Below are positions 9,635-18,675 of a stretch of DNA of 64,000 nucleotides, piece after piece. The stretch spans positions 3,875,295 through 3,939,294 of the forward strand of contig CBDHGE010000001.1 of assembly GCA_965262955.1 (NCBI GenBank). Direction: 5' to 3'. The notes beneath the pieces were generated by a model that did no database searches, was not told the origin of the DNA, and saw only the letters and a program-made list of their open reading frames with translations. The DNA is from Candidatus Poribacteria bacterium (GTDB taxonomy: Bacteria > Poribacteria > WGA-4E > WGA-3G). Each line of letters starts with the position of its first letter. The stretch's first letter is position 1. Made by a program: the position numbers and the translations under genes.

Positions 9635-9830
9635 TTACAACCTCGTCAATCGATTTGCATTTATATTAATCTGTATCTACATCTATTCAAGCTATGATAC
9701 ATGTGACTTCTCACACCACATATAATGTATTGATTTCTTATCCCTTTAACATATTAACACAACTCCTATATTTTCGCAAATATCATGACAACAACATCGG
9801 CATCACTAATCTTGCCCACTCTCTTATTCT

Positions 9831-9870
9831 GAAAATCCTCCTAATCCTGAAAATCCTGGTTCAGAAAACA
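9831..9870 (+). repeat. Degenerate copy of the AATCCTG...GGTTCAGA unit
   Basis: GAAAATCCTCCTAATCCTGAAAATCCTGGTTCAGAAAACA lies in the thiC/glcB divergent region. Confidence 0.7.
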
Positions 9871-9901
9871 AAAAACAAACAACTGGCAACCAAAAAATTA
9901 A

Positions 9902-9930
9902 TTGACAGATTACATGTCTATTGCTACGAT
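9902..9930 (+). promoter_or_regulatory. Putative promoter for glcB (TTGACA-17-TACGAT)
   Basis: Consensus -35 element at 9902-9907 and -10 element at 9925-9930. Confidence 0.4.
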
Positions 9931-10050
9931 AATTGGAAATAAAGACATTGTTTGTTGTCGGTGCAACGACGCATCGGTTAACAGAAATCTGCCCTTTGCA
10001 ACATGGGAAACTGCAAGTGACACCCACAACACTCGGAATGGAGAAAAAAC

Positions 10051-12234
10051 ATGGGAAACCGGATTGAAGTAGGTAGCCTCAGAATAGATGAAGATTTGTA
10101 CGCATTGGTGAGAGATGAAATCGCGCCTGGAACTGGAGTAGAAGCGGATGCCTTCTGGAAAGCACTCAGCGATATCGTTACGGAGTTCGCACCAGAAAAC
10201 AAAGCACTCTTGGAAAGACGCGACGCACTCCAGCAACAGATTGACGATTGGCACTTGGCGCGTAAAGGTGAGTCAATCGACAGTGAGGCGTATAAGGCAT
10301 TTCTTACCGAGATAGGTTATCTGCTCCCAGAAGGACGAGATTTTACTGTCATTACCGAGGACGTTGACACAGAGATTTCGCTCATCTCAGGTCCCCAATT
10401 GGTTGTGCCGACCGATAACGCCCGTTATGCCCTAAATGCCGCAAACGCACGCTGGGGAAGCCTCTACGACGCACTCTACGGCACCGATGTTATTGACGAA
10501 TCCGACGGGGCAACACGAAGTGCTACCTATAATCCAGCCCGCGGTCAGAAAGTCATCAAATACACTGAGCAGTTTTTAGATGAAATGACAGGACTTGAAA
10601 CGGGGAGTTACGCTGACGTTACACAATTTTCCCTCCAATCCGTTCGGGACCAGCAACAGTTACGTGCGACACTCGCTGATGGTAGTCAGGTCGGCTTAGC
10701 AGATCCAACAAAATTCGTAGGTTTTTTGCAAGACAACGATGAACTCAGTGCTATTGTGCTACGAAACCATGGGCTCCACATCGAGATCCGTATTGACCGT
10801 GAACATCCCGTTGGAAAAGAACATCCCGCTGGCGTCTACGATGTTATTCTTGAATCGGCAATCACGACGATCCAAGATTGTGAGGATTCCGTCGCCGCAG
10901 TGGATGCAGCCGATAAAATTCGCGTCTACAGCAACTGGAACGGTATCATGAAAGGGACGCTGGAGACAACCTTTGAGAAAAGTGGCGAAATGCTGACACG
11001 CCGTCTCGCACCCGATAAAACGTTCACCGCACCCGACGGTAGCACATTGACACTACCGGGGAGAAGTCTCCTCTTGATTCGGAATGTTGGACCCCACATG
11101 TACACCGATGCCGTCACAACAGCAGACGGTGAGGAAATTCCCGAAGGCATTCTTGACGCTATGGTAACGTCCTTCGCCGCAATGCATGACTTGCAAGGCA
11201 AGGGACTCTACGCCAATAGCAGAACAGGCAGTATCTACATCGTCAAACCCAAGTTTCACGGACCCGAAGAAGTAGACATGACGATTCGGTTGTTTGAATG
11301 GATAGAATCCGCACTTGGACTCCCAACGAATACCATTAAAATTGGGATTATGGATGAAGAACGTCGGACGACCGTCAATCTTAAAGAGGCGATTCGGATG
11401 GCACAGGAACGACTCGTCTTTATTAACACTGGCTTCTTGGATAGAACCGGCGATGAAATCCATACAAGCATGGAAGCCGGAGCCGTGATTCCCAAAATGG
11501 AAATTCGCGACGAACCGTGGATGCTCGCTTATGAAGATTGGAACGTTGATATCGGAATCGAAACCGCATTGCTCGGCACCGCACAGATTGGGAAGGGGAT
11601 GTGGACGAAACCCGACCAGATGGCGGAGATGGTCGAAACGAAGGTGAATCATCCATTGGCGGGAGCAACAACAGCGTGGGTGCCGTCGCCGACAGCCGCA
11701 ACGCTTCATGCGATGCACTACCACCGGGTTGACGTAGGGAACTGGATAAAACAGTTAGCCGCAAGGCAGCGCGCCAGCTTAGAGGATCTGTTGACACCAC
11801 CGCTATTAGAAGAACGCGTTTTGCGATCCGATGAGGTTCAGAGCGAATTGGACAACAATGCCCAAGGCATCTTGGGATACGTCGTCCGGTGGGTGGATCA
11901 GGGCATAGGCTGTTCAAAGGTACCCGATATTAACAACGTCGGCTTGATGGAGGATCGAGCGACCCTCCGGATTTCAAGTCAGCATATCGCAAATTGGCTA
12001 CATCACGGGATCGTTACGGAAGAGCAGGTAACCGAGACATTCCAACGCATGGCGAAGATCGTTGATGAGCAGAACGCCGGTGATCCTAATTATCGGGACA
12101 TGTCCCCAAATTACGACCAGAGCGTCGCATTCCAAGCAGCTTTAGATCTCGTCTTTAAAGGCTGTGAGCTTCCCAACGGATATACAGAGTTTGTCCTACA
12201 TCCGCGCCGACGGGAAGTCAAAGCAGGCGGTTAA
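10051..12234 (+). CDS. glcB: Malate synthase G
   Basis: 727-aa ORF with typical malate synthase G length and N-terminus ([27 protein letters not shown]...). Confidence 0.93.
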   Translation: MGNRIEVGSLRIDEDLYALVRDEIAPGTGVEADAFWKALSDIVTEFAPENKALLERRDALQQQIDDWHLARKGESIDSEAYKAFLTEIGYLLPEGRDFTVITEDVDTEISLISGPQLVVPTDNARYALNAANARWGSLYDALYGTDVIDESDGATRSATYNPARGQKVIKYTEQFLDEMTGLETGSYADVTQFSLQSVRDQQQLRATLADGSQVGLADPTKFVGFLQDNDELSAIVLRNHGLHIEIRIDREHPVGKEHPAGVYDVILESAITTIQDCEDSVAAVDAADKIRVYSNWNGIMKGTLETTFEKSGEMLTRRLAPDKTFTAPDGSTLTLPGRSLLLIRNVGPHMYTDAVTTADGEEIPEGILDAMVTSFAAMHDLQGKGLYANSRTGSIYIVKPKFHGPEEVDMTIRLFEWIESALGLPTNTIKIGIMDEERRTTVNLKEAIRMAQERLVFINTGFLDRTGDEIHTSMEAGAVIPKMEIRDEPWMLAYEDWNVDIGIETALLGTAQIGKGMWTKPDQMAEMVETKVNHPLAGATTAWVPSPTAATLHAMHYHRVDVGNWIKQLAARQRASLEDLLTPPLLEERVLRSDEVQSELDNNAQGILGYVVRWVDQGIGCSKVPDINNVGLMEDRATLRISSQHIANWLHHGIVTEEQVTETFQRMAKIVDEQNAGDPNYRDMSPNYDQSVAFQAALDLVFKGCELPNGYTEFVLHPRRREVKAGG

Positions 12235-12274
12235 TAACTACAGTAGGCAGGATTCTAAACTTATACTCCCGGTT

Positions 12275-12298
12275 GGGCGAGGTCTCAGTGCCTCGCCC
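12275..12298. terminator. Hairpin after glcB (GGGCGAGG-TCTCAGTG-CCTCGCCC) followed by a T/C-rich tract
   Basis: 8-bp GC stem followed by TTTCCCTTTCTCTTCTT. It lies between convergent genes. Confidence 0.55.
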
Positions 12299-12349
12299 TT
12301 TCCCTTTCTCTTCTTGTAGGAGCGATCTCCCGGTCGCGACTCACATTGA

Positions 12350-12372
12350 CCACTAATTGCTAACCACTAACC
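12350..12372 (+). repeat. 8-nt-periodic low-complexity tract CCACTAATTGCTAACCACTAACC
   Basis: It abuts the stop codon of the amidohydrolase gene. Confidence 0.6.
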
Positions 12373-12375
12373 GCT

Positions 12376-13230
12376 TTAATCCAACCTATAAAACCTAATC
12401 GCATTGTCACGAAATAGATTTCCCACCTCTTCAGACGAACAACCTGAGACTGCCTCTCTTAAAGTCTGCACCCACCGCGGATAATCGGTCGCCTGAGTAG
12501 AGACTGGCCAATCGCTTCCGTATATGACGCGATTGAAGCCAAAACAGGTGATGACATGCGCAATATACGGCTGTAGATCAGTAGGTGTCCACGCCTCGAA
12601 ATCAGCTTCCGTTACCAAGCCTGATATTTTACAATGAACGTTCGGAAATCCCGCAAGCGTCTCAATTTCCTGTTTCCATGGATCGAAAAGTTGACTCTTG
12701 ATGTCGGGTTTGCCGATATGGTCCAAAATGAATTGGACATGCGGACACTGTTCCACAAGTCGAATAGCGTTAGCGAGTTGTGGATGGAAGATGCAGATGT
12801 CAAAACTTAATCCGTAGCGAGCGAGCGTTTGGACGCCACTTACGAAGTCGGGTTGAACGCAGAAATCAACGCTTTCAGATTGGATGAGTCGGCGGATACC
12901 TTTAACGAGTGGATTCTCTGCCAATTTTTCGACGAACGGAGCGACCTGTTTGCCTTCTTCAAGCGGTGCCCATGCCACAATACCCCGAATCCGAGGATCT
13001 ACTGTTGTCGCAAGAGAGGTAACCCACGCTGTCTCTTTCAAGCCGTCATCAGGGTGTGTATCGCATTGCACAAAGACGATAGATTCGATTTCTAATTCAC
13101 CGGTCGCAGCGTTATAATCTTTTAGGAGATAGGGTCTGTTTAGGGTCGGGACTTCTGTTAGCCACGGGTATCTCAACTGTTCCGGGTGCCATAGATGAAC
13201 ATGTGTGTCAACAATCGAAAACTTCTCCAT
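12376..13230 (-). CDS. Amidohydrolase-2 family metal-dependent hydrolase (lactonase/decarboxylase-like)
   Basis: 284-aa ORF with an N-terminal IVDTHVHLW metal-binding motif, later HIGKPD, and a C-terminal YGSDWP. An AGGAG RBS is present. Confidence 0.8.
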   Translation of the reverse strand: MEKFSIVDTHVHLWHPEQLRYPWLTEVPTLNRPYLLKDYNAATGELEIESIVFVQCDTHPDDGLKETAWVTSLATTVDPRIRGIVAWAPLEEGKQVAPFVEKLAENPLVKGIRRLIQSESVDFCVQPDFVSGVQTLARYGLSFDICIFHPQLANAIRLVEQCPHVQFILDHIGKPDIKSQLFDPWKQEIETLAGFPNVHCKISGLVTEADFEAWTPTDLQPYIAHVITCFGFNRVIYGSDWPVSTQATDYPRWVQTLREAVSGCSSEEVGNLFRDNAIRFYRLD

Positions 13231-13265
13231 TGCACTGCTCCTGTTTTTTTATTGAATTTGCGTCT

Positions 13266-13294
13266 ATTTTAATTTTTCTCTTTTGAATTGTCAA
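13266..13294 (-). promoter_or_regulatory. Putative promoter for the amidohydrolase gene (TTGACA-17-TAAAAT on the minus strand)
   Basis: Plus-strand TGTCAA at 13289-13294 and ATTTTA at 13266-13271. ATG is at 13230 with an AGGAG RBS. Confidence 0.5.
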
Positions 13295-13336
13295 TACTTT
13301 AACTATTTATTCTCTTCTGAAACCTTGTCCACACAC

Positions 13337-13368
13337 CACTGACTGCTGACCCCCGACTGCCGACAGCC
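13337..13368 (+). repeat. 8-nt-periodic tract CACTGACTGCTGACCCCCGACTGCCGACAGCC
   Basis: It lies in the divergent promoter region between the amidohydrolase and ThuA-like genes. Confidence 0.6.
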
Positions 13369-13449
13369 AATAGCCATTTCTCAAAAAGTTTGGCAAAAAG
13401 ACACAGGATATGATAAACTGATAGATATTCCAAACGGAGGCTTAAATAT

Positions 13450-14256
13450 ATGTCAGAAAAATCTCGAATTGTTTTGGTGGCAGGAAGCGGAAGTAGTCAC
13501 GGCAGTGGAGCGCATGAACATCCCGCTGGGTGCGCCTTTCTCGCCGATCAGTTAAACAAAAATGTGGACGGTGTAGAGGCAATCGTATCTCAGGGTTGGC
13601 CCACTGACTCGGCTATTTTCGCCGATACAGATGCCATTATTGTTTATTCAGGCGGTGGTGAAAGACATCTTAGCATTCCGCATCTTGATGAAATCAATGC
13701 GTTGATGGCACAAGGCATAGGACTTGCGATGTTACACTTTGCAGTCGAGGTGCCGAAGGGTAAACCGGGTAATTGTTTCTTAGACTGGATCGGTGGTTAC
13801 TTTGAACCGGGCCTTTCGGTAAATCCGTATTGGACAGCAACGTTTACCGAATTTCCTGAGCACCCGATAACACGCGGGATGGAACCGTTTTCACTGGAAG
13901 ACGAGTGGTATTATCACATGCGGTTTCGTGAAAATATGCAGGGCGTAACACCCGTGTTGAGCACGATCGCACCTGCATCAACGCTCGAAAGACCCGATGG
14001 ACCCCACAGCGGCAATCCACATGTCCGCGCATCCGTTGCAAAGGGTGAACCACAGCACTTGGGATGGTGCGTCGAACGTCCAGACGGCGGTCGTGGGTTT
14101 GGGTTTACCGGAGGGCACTACCATCAGAATTGGCGGAATGACCAATTCCGTAAGTTCGTTCTCAACGGGATTCTCTGGACTGCAAAGATGGAAGTCCCAG
14201 AAGGCGGTATCGCTACACCGACACCAACAGAAGCAGGATTGGACGCGTATCTGTAG
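13450..14256 (+). CDS. ThuA-like (trehalose utilisation) domain protein
   Basis: 268-aa ORF with a GGAGG RBS. Its size and motif pattern are recalled from ThuA-domain proteins. The assignment is moderate. Confidence 0.65.
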   Translation: MSEKSRIVLVAGSGSSHGSGAHEHPAGCAFLADQLNKNVDGVEAIVSQGWPTDSAIFADTDAIIVYSGGGERHLSIPHLDEINALMAQGIGLAMLHFAVEVPKGKPGNCFLDWIGGYFEPGLSVNPYWTATFTEFPEHPITRGMEPFSLEDEWYYHMRFRENMQGVTPVLSTIAPASTLERPDGPHSGNPHVRASVAKGEPQHLGWCVERPDGGRGFGFTGGHYHQNWRNDQFRKFVLNGILWTAKMEVPEGGIATPTPTEAGLDAYL

Positions 14257-14315
14257 TTGAGGCGTATGCTATGGGTGCGATGGAAAATCGTACTTGCCGG
14301 TTAAGGAGACAGAAC

Positions 14316-15170
14316 ATGGATCAAGAGTTCCAAGATTATCTATTTGACTTGCAAGGTTATCTGATTTTAGAGAACGCGATCTCCGATGAAGATCTGGAGA
14401 AAATGAACGCGTGGATCGATAACCATTGGCATTACGTTGAGGAGCCGTGGGCAGAAAATACCGAGGACAAACGGATTCCACGCTGGATCGGGAATATTGA
14501 GACACACACCTATAACATCGAAAACGGTGTGAATTTCCAGAATATCATTGAGGGTGGAAAGGTCTTCGAGAAGTTAATCGACCATCCTTCATGGATCAAC
14601 AACGTGCGGAAATACATTCATGAAGTCAATGGACTCTCTATCCACGAGAATTTCCTTAACGTCCGCGGTCCTGGTGGTTTTATTCATATTCACTGTGGCG
14701 GACATGTCCCCCTGAGTTATCTGACCTTTCGGCAGGAAAACACAGGCGAATGGATGGTCGGACAAATTAACGTCCTGATGGCACTGAACGATATTGGACC
14801 CGGAGATGGTGCACCCGTATTGGTTCCGGGAAGTCATAAATGCACAGAAGTTCACCCGCGTTTAAAGGTTGATGGAAAGGGCTTGGTCTATGACGGCGTG
14901 AGCGGTAAACCCGCAGGCACAGCCTTCGGAACGCAAGAAATCTATCTCAAGGCGGGGGATGTGGTAATGTTCACAGACGCGATTACACACGGATCGGCAG
15001 AGCGGACGAATGATGGGTATCGCCGGTCGATTGTCTATCGCTATTCACCCAGATACGTCCGTGAGCGTTTTGACTATCCGCATTCGGATGAGTTATTAGC
15101 ACGTTTAACACCAGATCAACGCAAAATTATCCAACCGACATCAATGCGTCGTCCACCACAGATGATGTAG
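14316..15170 (+). CDS. Phytanoyl-CoA dioxygenase (PhyH) family Fe(II)/2-oxoglutarate oxygenase
   Basis: The N-terminus DLQGYLILENAISDEDL is typical of the PhyH family, and His-rich motifs follow (IHIHCGGH, ITHGSAER). AAGGAGA lies 6 nt before ATG 14316, and the track's 14271 start is probably too far upstream. Confidence 0.8.
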   Translation: MDQEFQDYLFDLQGYLILENAISDEDLEKMNAWIDNHWHYVEEPWAENTEDKRIPRWIGNIETHTYNIENGVNFQNIIEGGKVFEKLIDHPSWINNVRKYIHEVNGLSIHENFLNVRGPGGFIHIHCGGHVPLSYLTFRQENTGEWMVGQINVLMALNDIGPGDGAPVLVPGSHKCTEVHPRLKVDGKGLVYDGVSGKPAGTAFGTQEIYLKAGDVVMFTDAITHGSAERTNDGYRRSIVYRYSPRYVRERFDYPHSDELLARLTPDQRKIIQPTSMRRPPQMM

Positions 15171-15190
15171 GGTGATCTGATTTTTCAATG

Positions 15191-15221
15191 ATTTACATTG
15201 GACGCCCGAACTTGTTCGGGA
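15191..15221. repeat. Third copy of the REP-like unit (ATTTACATTGGACGCCCGAACTTGTTCGGGA)
   Basis: Identical over 22 nt to 2835-2856. The ATTTACAT flank matches the reverse complement of 2890-2899. Confidence 0.9.
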
Positions 15222-15368
15222 TACGCGTGCCAAACTTGAAGAGGAATGTAGTATGATGAATGGATTTCGTCTATTTCCAGACCAAATTTTGCCCACACGC
15301 GGAACCAAATTTGTCTTGCCTTACATTCAAAAAGATATTTCACTTTTTATGCTGTGATCTGACAGAAT

Positions 15369-16895
15369 ATGGAAACACCACAAAAAACACTCTGGGGTGG
15401 ACGCTTTAGCACAAGCCTCACCACAGAGACAATAGCCTTCACACACTCCATCGAAGCCGACACCCGTCTCATCGGATACGATATCTGGGGAAGCCAAGCA
15501 CATGCGATTATGCTTGCCCGACAGGCGATTATCTCCGATACTGACCTGCGCGAGATTTTGCGTTGGCTCCGAAAAGCGGAGGAGGATTTTCAAAGCGGCG
15601 ACTTTACGCTCGATCCGAATAAAGAGGACGTTCACATGAACGTCGAATCGTATCTGATTGAAAACGCAGGACGTGAATTCGGTGGGAAACTTCACACAGC
15701 CCGTTCTCGCAACGATCAGGTACTCGTCGATGCCCATCTCTACATTCGGGATGAAATTCTCAATGTCCAACGCGGTCTTTCTGCACTGTGCGATGCCTTT
15801 CTTCAAATTGCGAAAGAACACGCAGATACCGTGATGCCTGGCTATACACATACACAGCACGCACAACCGATTAGCCTCGGCTTCTGGGCAACGGCTTATG
15901 TCAGCATGTTCTTACGGGATCAGAAACGCTTGCAATCTGCGTATACGCTTGCCAATATGAACCCTCTTGGAGCGTGTGCGTTGGCTGGCACGACATTCCC
16001 GATTGATCGCGAGTTGACAACAAAACTCCTCGGTTTCGATGCCCCACACGAACATGCACTTGATGTCATCAGCAGCCGGGATTTTATCGCTGAGACACTT
16101 TTTGCCCTGTCGCTTGTGATGGCGAATCTCTCACGGATTAGCGAGGAAATTGTCTATTGGACCACCTATGAATTCGGGATGGCGGTGCTTGACGACACTT
16201 ATAGTTTCGGAAGTTCCATCATGCCCCAGAAGAAGAATCCCGACATCGCCGAACTCACGCGGGGTCGGACAGGGCGCGTCTACGGTGCGTTACTGGACTT
16301 GCTGACCAATCTCAAAGGTTTACCGATGGGCTATAACCGTGATTTTCAGGAGGATAAACCGCCGTTGTGGGAAGCGTTTGATGTTGTGAAGGCATGCCTC
16401 GGTCTGCTCCCAGAACTCCTCAAAACGACAGATTTCAAAACAGAGCGGATGGCAGAATTGGCAAATGCCAACTTCGCAACCGCGACAGAGTTAGCGAATT
16501 ATCTCGTTAAAGAACATCAGATCAGTTTCCGGGAGAGTCATGAGATTGTCGGATGGCTTGTTGGGGAACTGGTGCAGCAAGAAAAGACATTCGCCGACTG
16601 GGAACTCACACGAGAACTCTTAAAACAGAAGGCAGTTGATATCTCCCTCGAAGAACTCAAGAGGGTTCTGGATGCAACGTTGGCGATTCAGAACAACCAA
16701 AGCTTTGGTGGCACATCGCCTAACGAGGTTCGTCGAATGATCGACAACTTTGAAGCACAATTGAATGAGATTGCATTATGTATCTACACTTTCCAAACGC
16801 AAATTGACGACGCACATCGCGAAACCCAGCGGATTGTTGATAAAGTTCTGAAAGGAGAGTCTTGTGAGACCAAACATCGCAAAAGGACCTCTTAA
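15369..16895 (+). CDS. argH: Argininosuccinate lyase
   Basis: 508-aa ORF in the fumarate-lyase superfamily, with the signature GSSIMPQKKNPD. A C-terminal extension of about 40 aa is present. Confidence 0.95.
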   Translation: METPQKTLWGGRFSTSLTTETIAFTHSIEADTRLIGYDIWGSQAHAIMLARQAIISDTDLREILRWLRKAEEDFQSGDFTLDPNKEDVHMNVESYLIENAGREFGGKLHTARSRNDQVLVDAHLYIRDEILNVQRGLSALCDAFLQIAKEHADTVMPGYTHTQHAQPISLGFWATAYVSMFLRDQKRLQSAYTLANMNPLGACALAGTTFPIDRELTTKLLGFDAPHEHALDVISSRDFIAETLFALSLVMANLSRISEEIVYWTTYEFGMAVLDDTYSFGSSIMPQKKNPDIAELTRGRTGRVYGALLDLLTNLKGLPMGYNRDFQEDKPPLWEAFDVVKACLGLLPELLKTTDFKTERMAELANANFATATELANYLVKEHQISFRESHEIVGWLVGELVQQEKTFADWELTRELLKQKAVDISLEELKRVLDATLAIQNNQSFGGTSPNEVRRMIDNFEAQLNEIALCIYTFQTQIDDAHRETQRIVDKVLKGESCETKHRKRTS

Positions 16896-16899
16896 AGAT

Positions 16900-17619
16900 A
16901 TGACACCTGAGCAGTTTCGTAATTGGCTACTTCCAATTGCAAAACACGCACTGTTTGTTGACCGGGAACAACTGCTGGCATTGCTTATGGCGGATACTGA
17001 TAGAGATACATTAACAGAAGCCTTTCGTAGGTTTTTTGAGGGGTACTACTATGATGTAGCATCTGAATTGGATTATTATGAAAAGCACCTGCTTTCGATT
17101 TTGAATTCCTATGATACCTATGTCTCTTTAAAACACCGAGTGGCTATTATTGAAAGCGAACGAAAAGCGACGCCTATGGGGCGAGAAGTGCGGCGGATGG
17201 GTGCGTACCTCTCTACTGATTCAGTGCCTCGGATAAAGGTGTCTGAATTATCGGATCAGGTCTTCCGCGAATTTCTGCACACATTGGTGATGTCCAAATT
17301 TTTTGAGGCACATGAGCGAGTTGCTAAGTTGCTGGGTATAACGTGGACGGGTACCGCAAAACCACTTGTACATGAAACAACAGATGCTAAAGATAGGCAC
17401 TTACGTGAGGTGTTTTACGAATTTTTTGTGTGCCATTTGGAATTAGAACAGTTTCTTGAGAATTATGAGTACGATCCCGATGGAGAATTAGAAGTATGCT
17501 CAGAGGTTGCTGAAGAGTTGGAACAAAGTATCACTGATCATGAATCTGGGAAAGTTAAAGGCAGACCCCTCCAAGAGGTGGCGAAAGAGTTTGGGGTCAC
17601 GCTGAAATGTACACATTGA
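16900..17619 (+). CDS. Hypothetical all-helical protein; putative unusually long antitoxin partner of the downstream RelE/ParE toxin
   Basis: ATG 16900 lies 5 nt after the argH stop, and the track's 16864 start overlaps argH. Its stop overlaps the toxin start by 13 nt. The C-terminal tail (ELEQSITDHESGKVKGRPLQEVAKEFGV) resembles short antitoxin C-termini. Confidence 0.5.
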   Translation: MTPEQFRNWLLPIAKHALFVDREQLLALLMADTDRDTLTEAFRRFFEGYYYDVASELDYYEKHLLSILNSYDTYVSLKHRVAIIESERKATPMGREVRRMGAYLSTDSVPRIKVSELSDQVFREFLHTLVMSKFFEAHERVAKLLGITWTGTAKPLVHETTDAKDRHLREVFYEFFVCHLELEQFLENYEYDPDGELEVCSEVAEELEQSITDHESGKVKGRPLQEVAKEFGVTLKCTH

Positions 17620-17864
17620 CAATAAAGCCCCGGGCCGAATCGGATTTGCAACGTTTGAATGCGCCAATTTACGCACTAATATTCAATAAACTACAGCGGT
17701 TATGCGAGATTTGCGACGACTATCCACATAAGGCACTTAAAGGTGAACATAGAGGAAGGTTTAGTTTATCAGTTGCTAAGGATTATCGAATTCTTTATAC
17801 CTTTGATAAGCGTATCCGAGAGATTGTTGTTCACCGAGTTGGGCACCGTAGTCGCATCTATTAA
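17607..17864 (+). CDS. Type II toxin-antitoxin system RelE/ParE family toxin
   Basis: 85-aa ORF with the characteristic pattern LKGEHRGRFSLSVAKDYRILYTFDKRIREIVVHRVGHRSRIY. Confidence 0.8.
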   Translation: MYTLTIKPRAESDLQRLNAPIYALIFNKLQRLCEICDDYPHKALKGEHRGRFSLSVAKDYRILYTFDKRIREIVVHRVGHRSRIY

Positions 17865-17957
17865 ACGTGTATGAAAGCCAAGTGTTTCTCCGCCTACAGA
17901 AAAACATAGGGACGCGCAGATGATAAATAACAATCTATCCTAAAGGAGAATGAGAAG

Positions 17958-18671
17958 TTGAGAGACAGATTAATCGTTGCTTTGGATATGGACGACGGTG
18001 AAGATATTGATTGGCTATCTGGAACGCTTATGGATGTAGTCCGTTGGTTTAAGATCGGCTTTCAGGCGTTTAGTGCTCTTGGTATGGAAGCTTTTCCATG
18101 GTTCGAGCAGAACGGATATAGAGCCTTTGTTGACCTGAAATTCCACGACATCCCAAACACCGTCGCGCGCGATGTCGGCATGATGACGAAACATGGCGCA
18201 AATATGATTAATATGCACGCCTCCGGTGGACTGGATATGATGAAAGCCGCGAAAGCGAGCGCAGACAAAGTCTCTGTCGAACGCGATATACTGTCGCCAG
18301 TACTACTCGGCGTGACCATTCTAACGAGCATTGAAGAAACTAACTTTCGGTTGAGTTTTGCCTCAGCACGGACGCTCACAGACCAAGTAGTCTATCTCGC
18401 ACAGTTAGCGCAGGAAGCAGGTCTGGATGGTGTTGTCGCATCACCGTTAGAAATTGAACCAATCCGAAGAGCATGCGGCGACAAGTTTTTGATTGTGACA
18501 CCGGGCATTCGTCCGAAATGGGCGGAAACTGGCGACCAACGCCGTATCACTACACCAGCGGAGGCGATTAACCGAGGTGCGGATTACATTGTTGTCGGTA
18601 GACCGATTATTGAGGCGGGGGATCCCTTAGAGGCTGCCGAAATGATCCTTGAAGAGATGAGAGAGGGATAA
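17958..18671 (+). CDS. pyrF: Orotidine 5'-phosphate decarboxylase
   Basis: 237-aa ORF with a TTG start after AAAGGAGA. Motifs present: LIVALD, DLKFHDIPNTV and a C-terminal IVVGRPI. Confidence 0.9.
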   Translation: MRDRLIVALDMDDGEDIDWLSGTLMDVVRWFKIGFQAFSALGMEAFPWFEQNGYRAFVDLKFHDIPNTVARDVGMMTKHGANMINMHASGGLDMMKAAKASADKVSVERDILSPVLLGVTILTSIEETNFRLSFASARTLTDQVVYLAQLAQEAGLDGVVASPLEIEPIRRACGDKFLIVTPGIRPKWAETGDQRRITTPAEAINRGADYIVVGRPIIEAGDPLEAAEMILEEMREG

Positions 18672-18675
18672 CGCT

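Noticed and set aside
11053-11724. Long antisense or alternative-frame ORFs inside genes (for example 11053..11724-, 3890..4363-, 5818..6366+, 6743..7240+, 8786..9262+, 40666..41328-, 53614..54015-)
   Set aside because: Each lies wholly within a well-supported CDS with a recognisable family. Their translations are compositionally odd (R/S/C-rich), and they lack an RBS.
15327-15866. 179-aa minus-strand ORF overlapping the argH 5' region
   Set aside because: It is antisense to the conserved argininosuccinate lyase N-terminus, and no family resemblance was seen.
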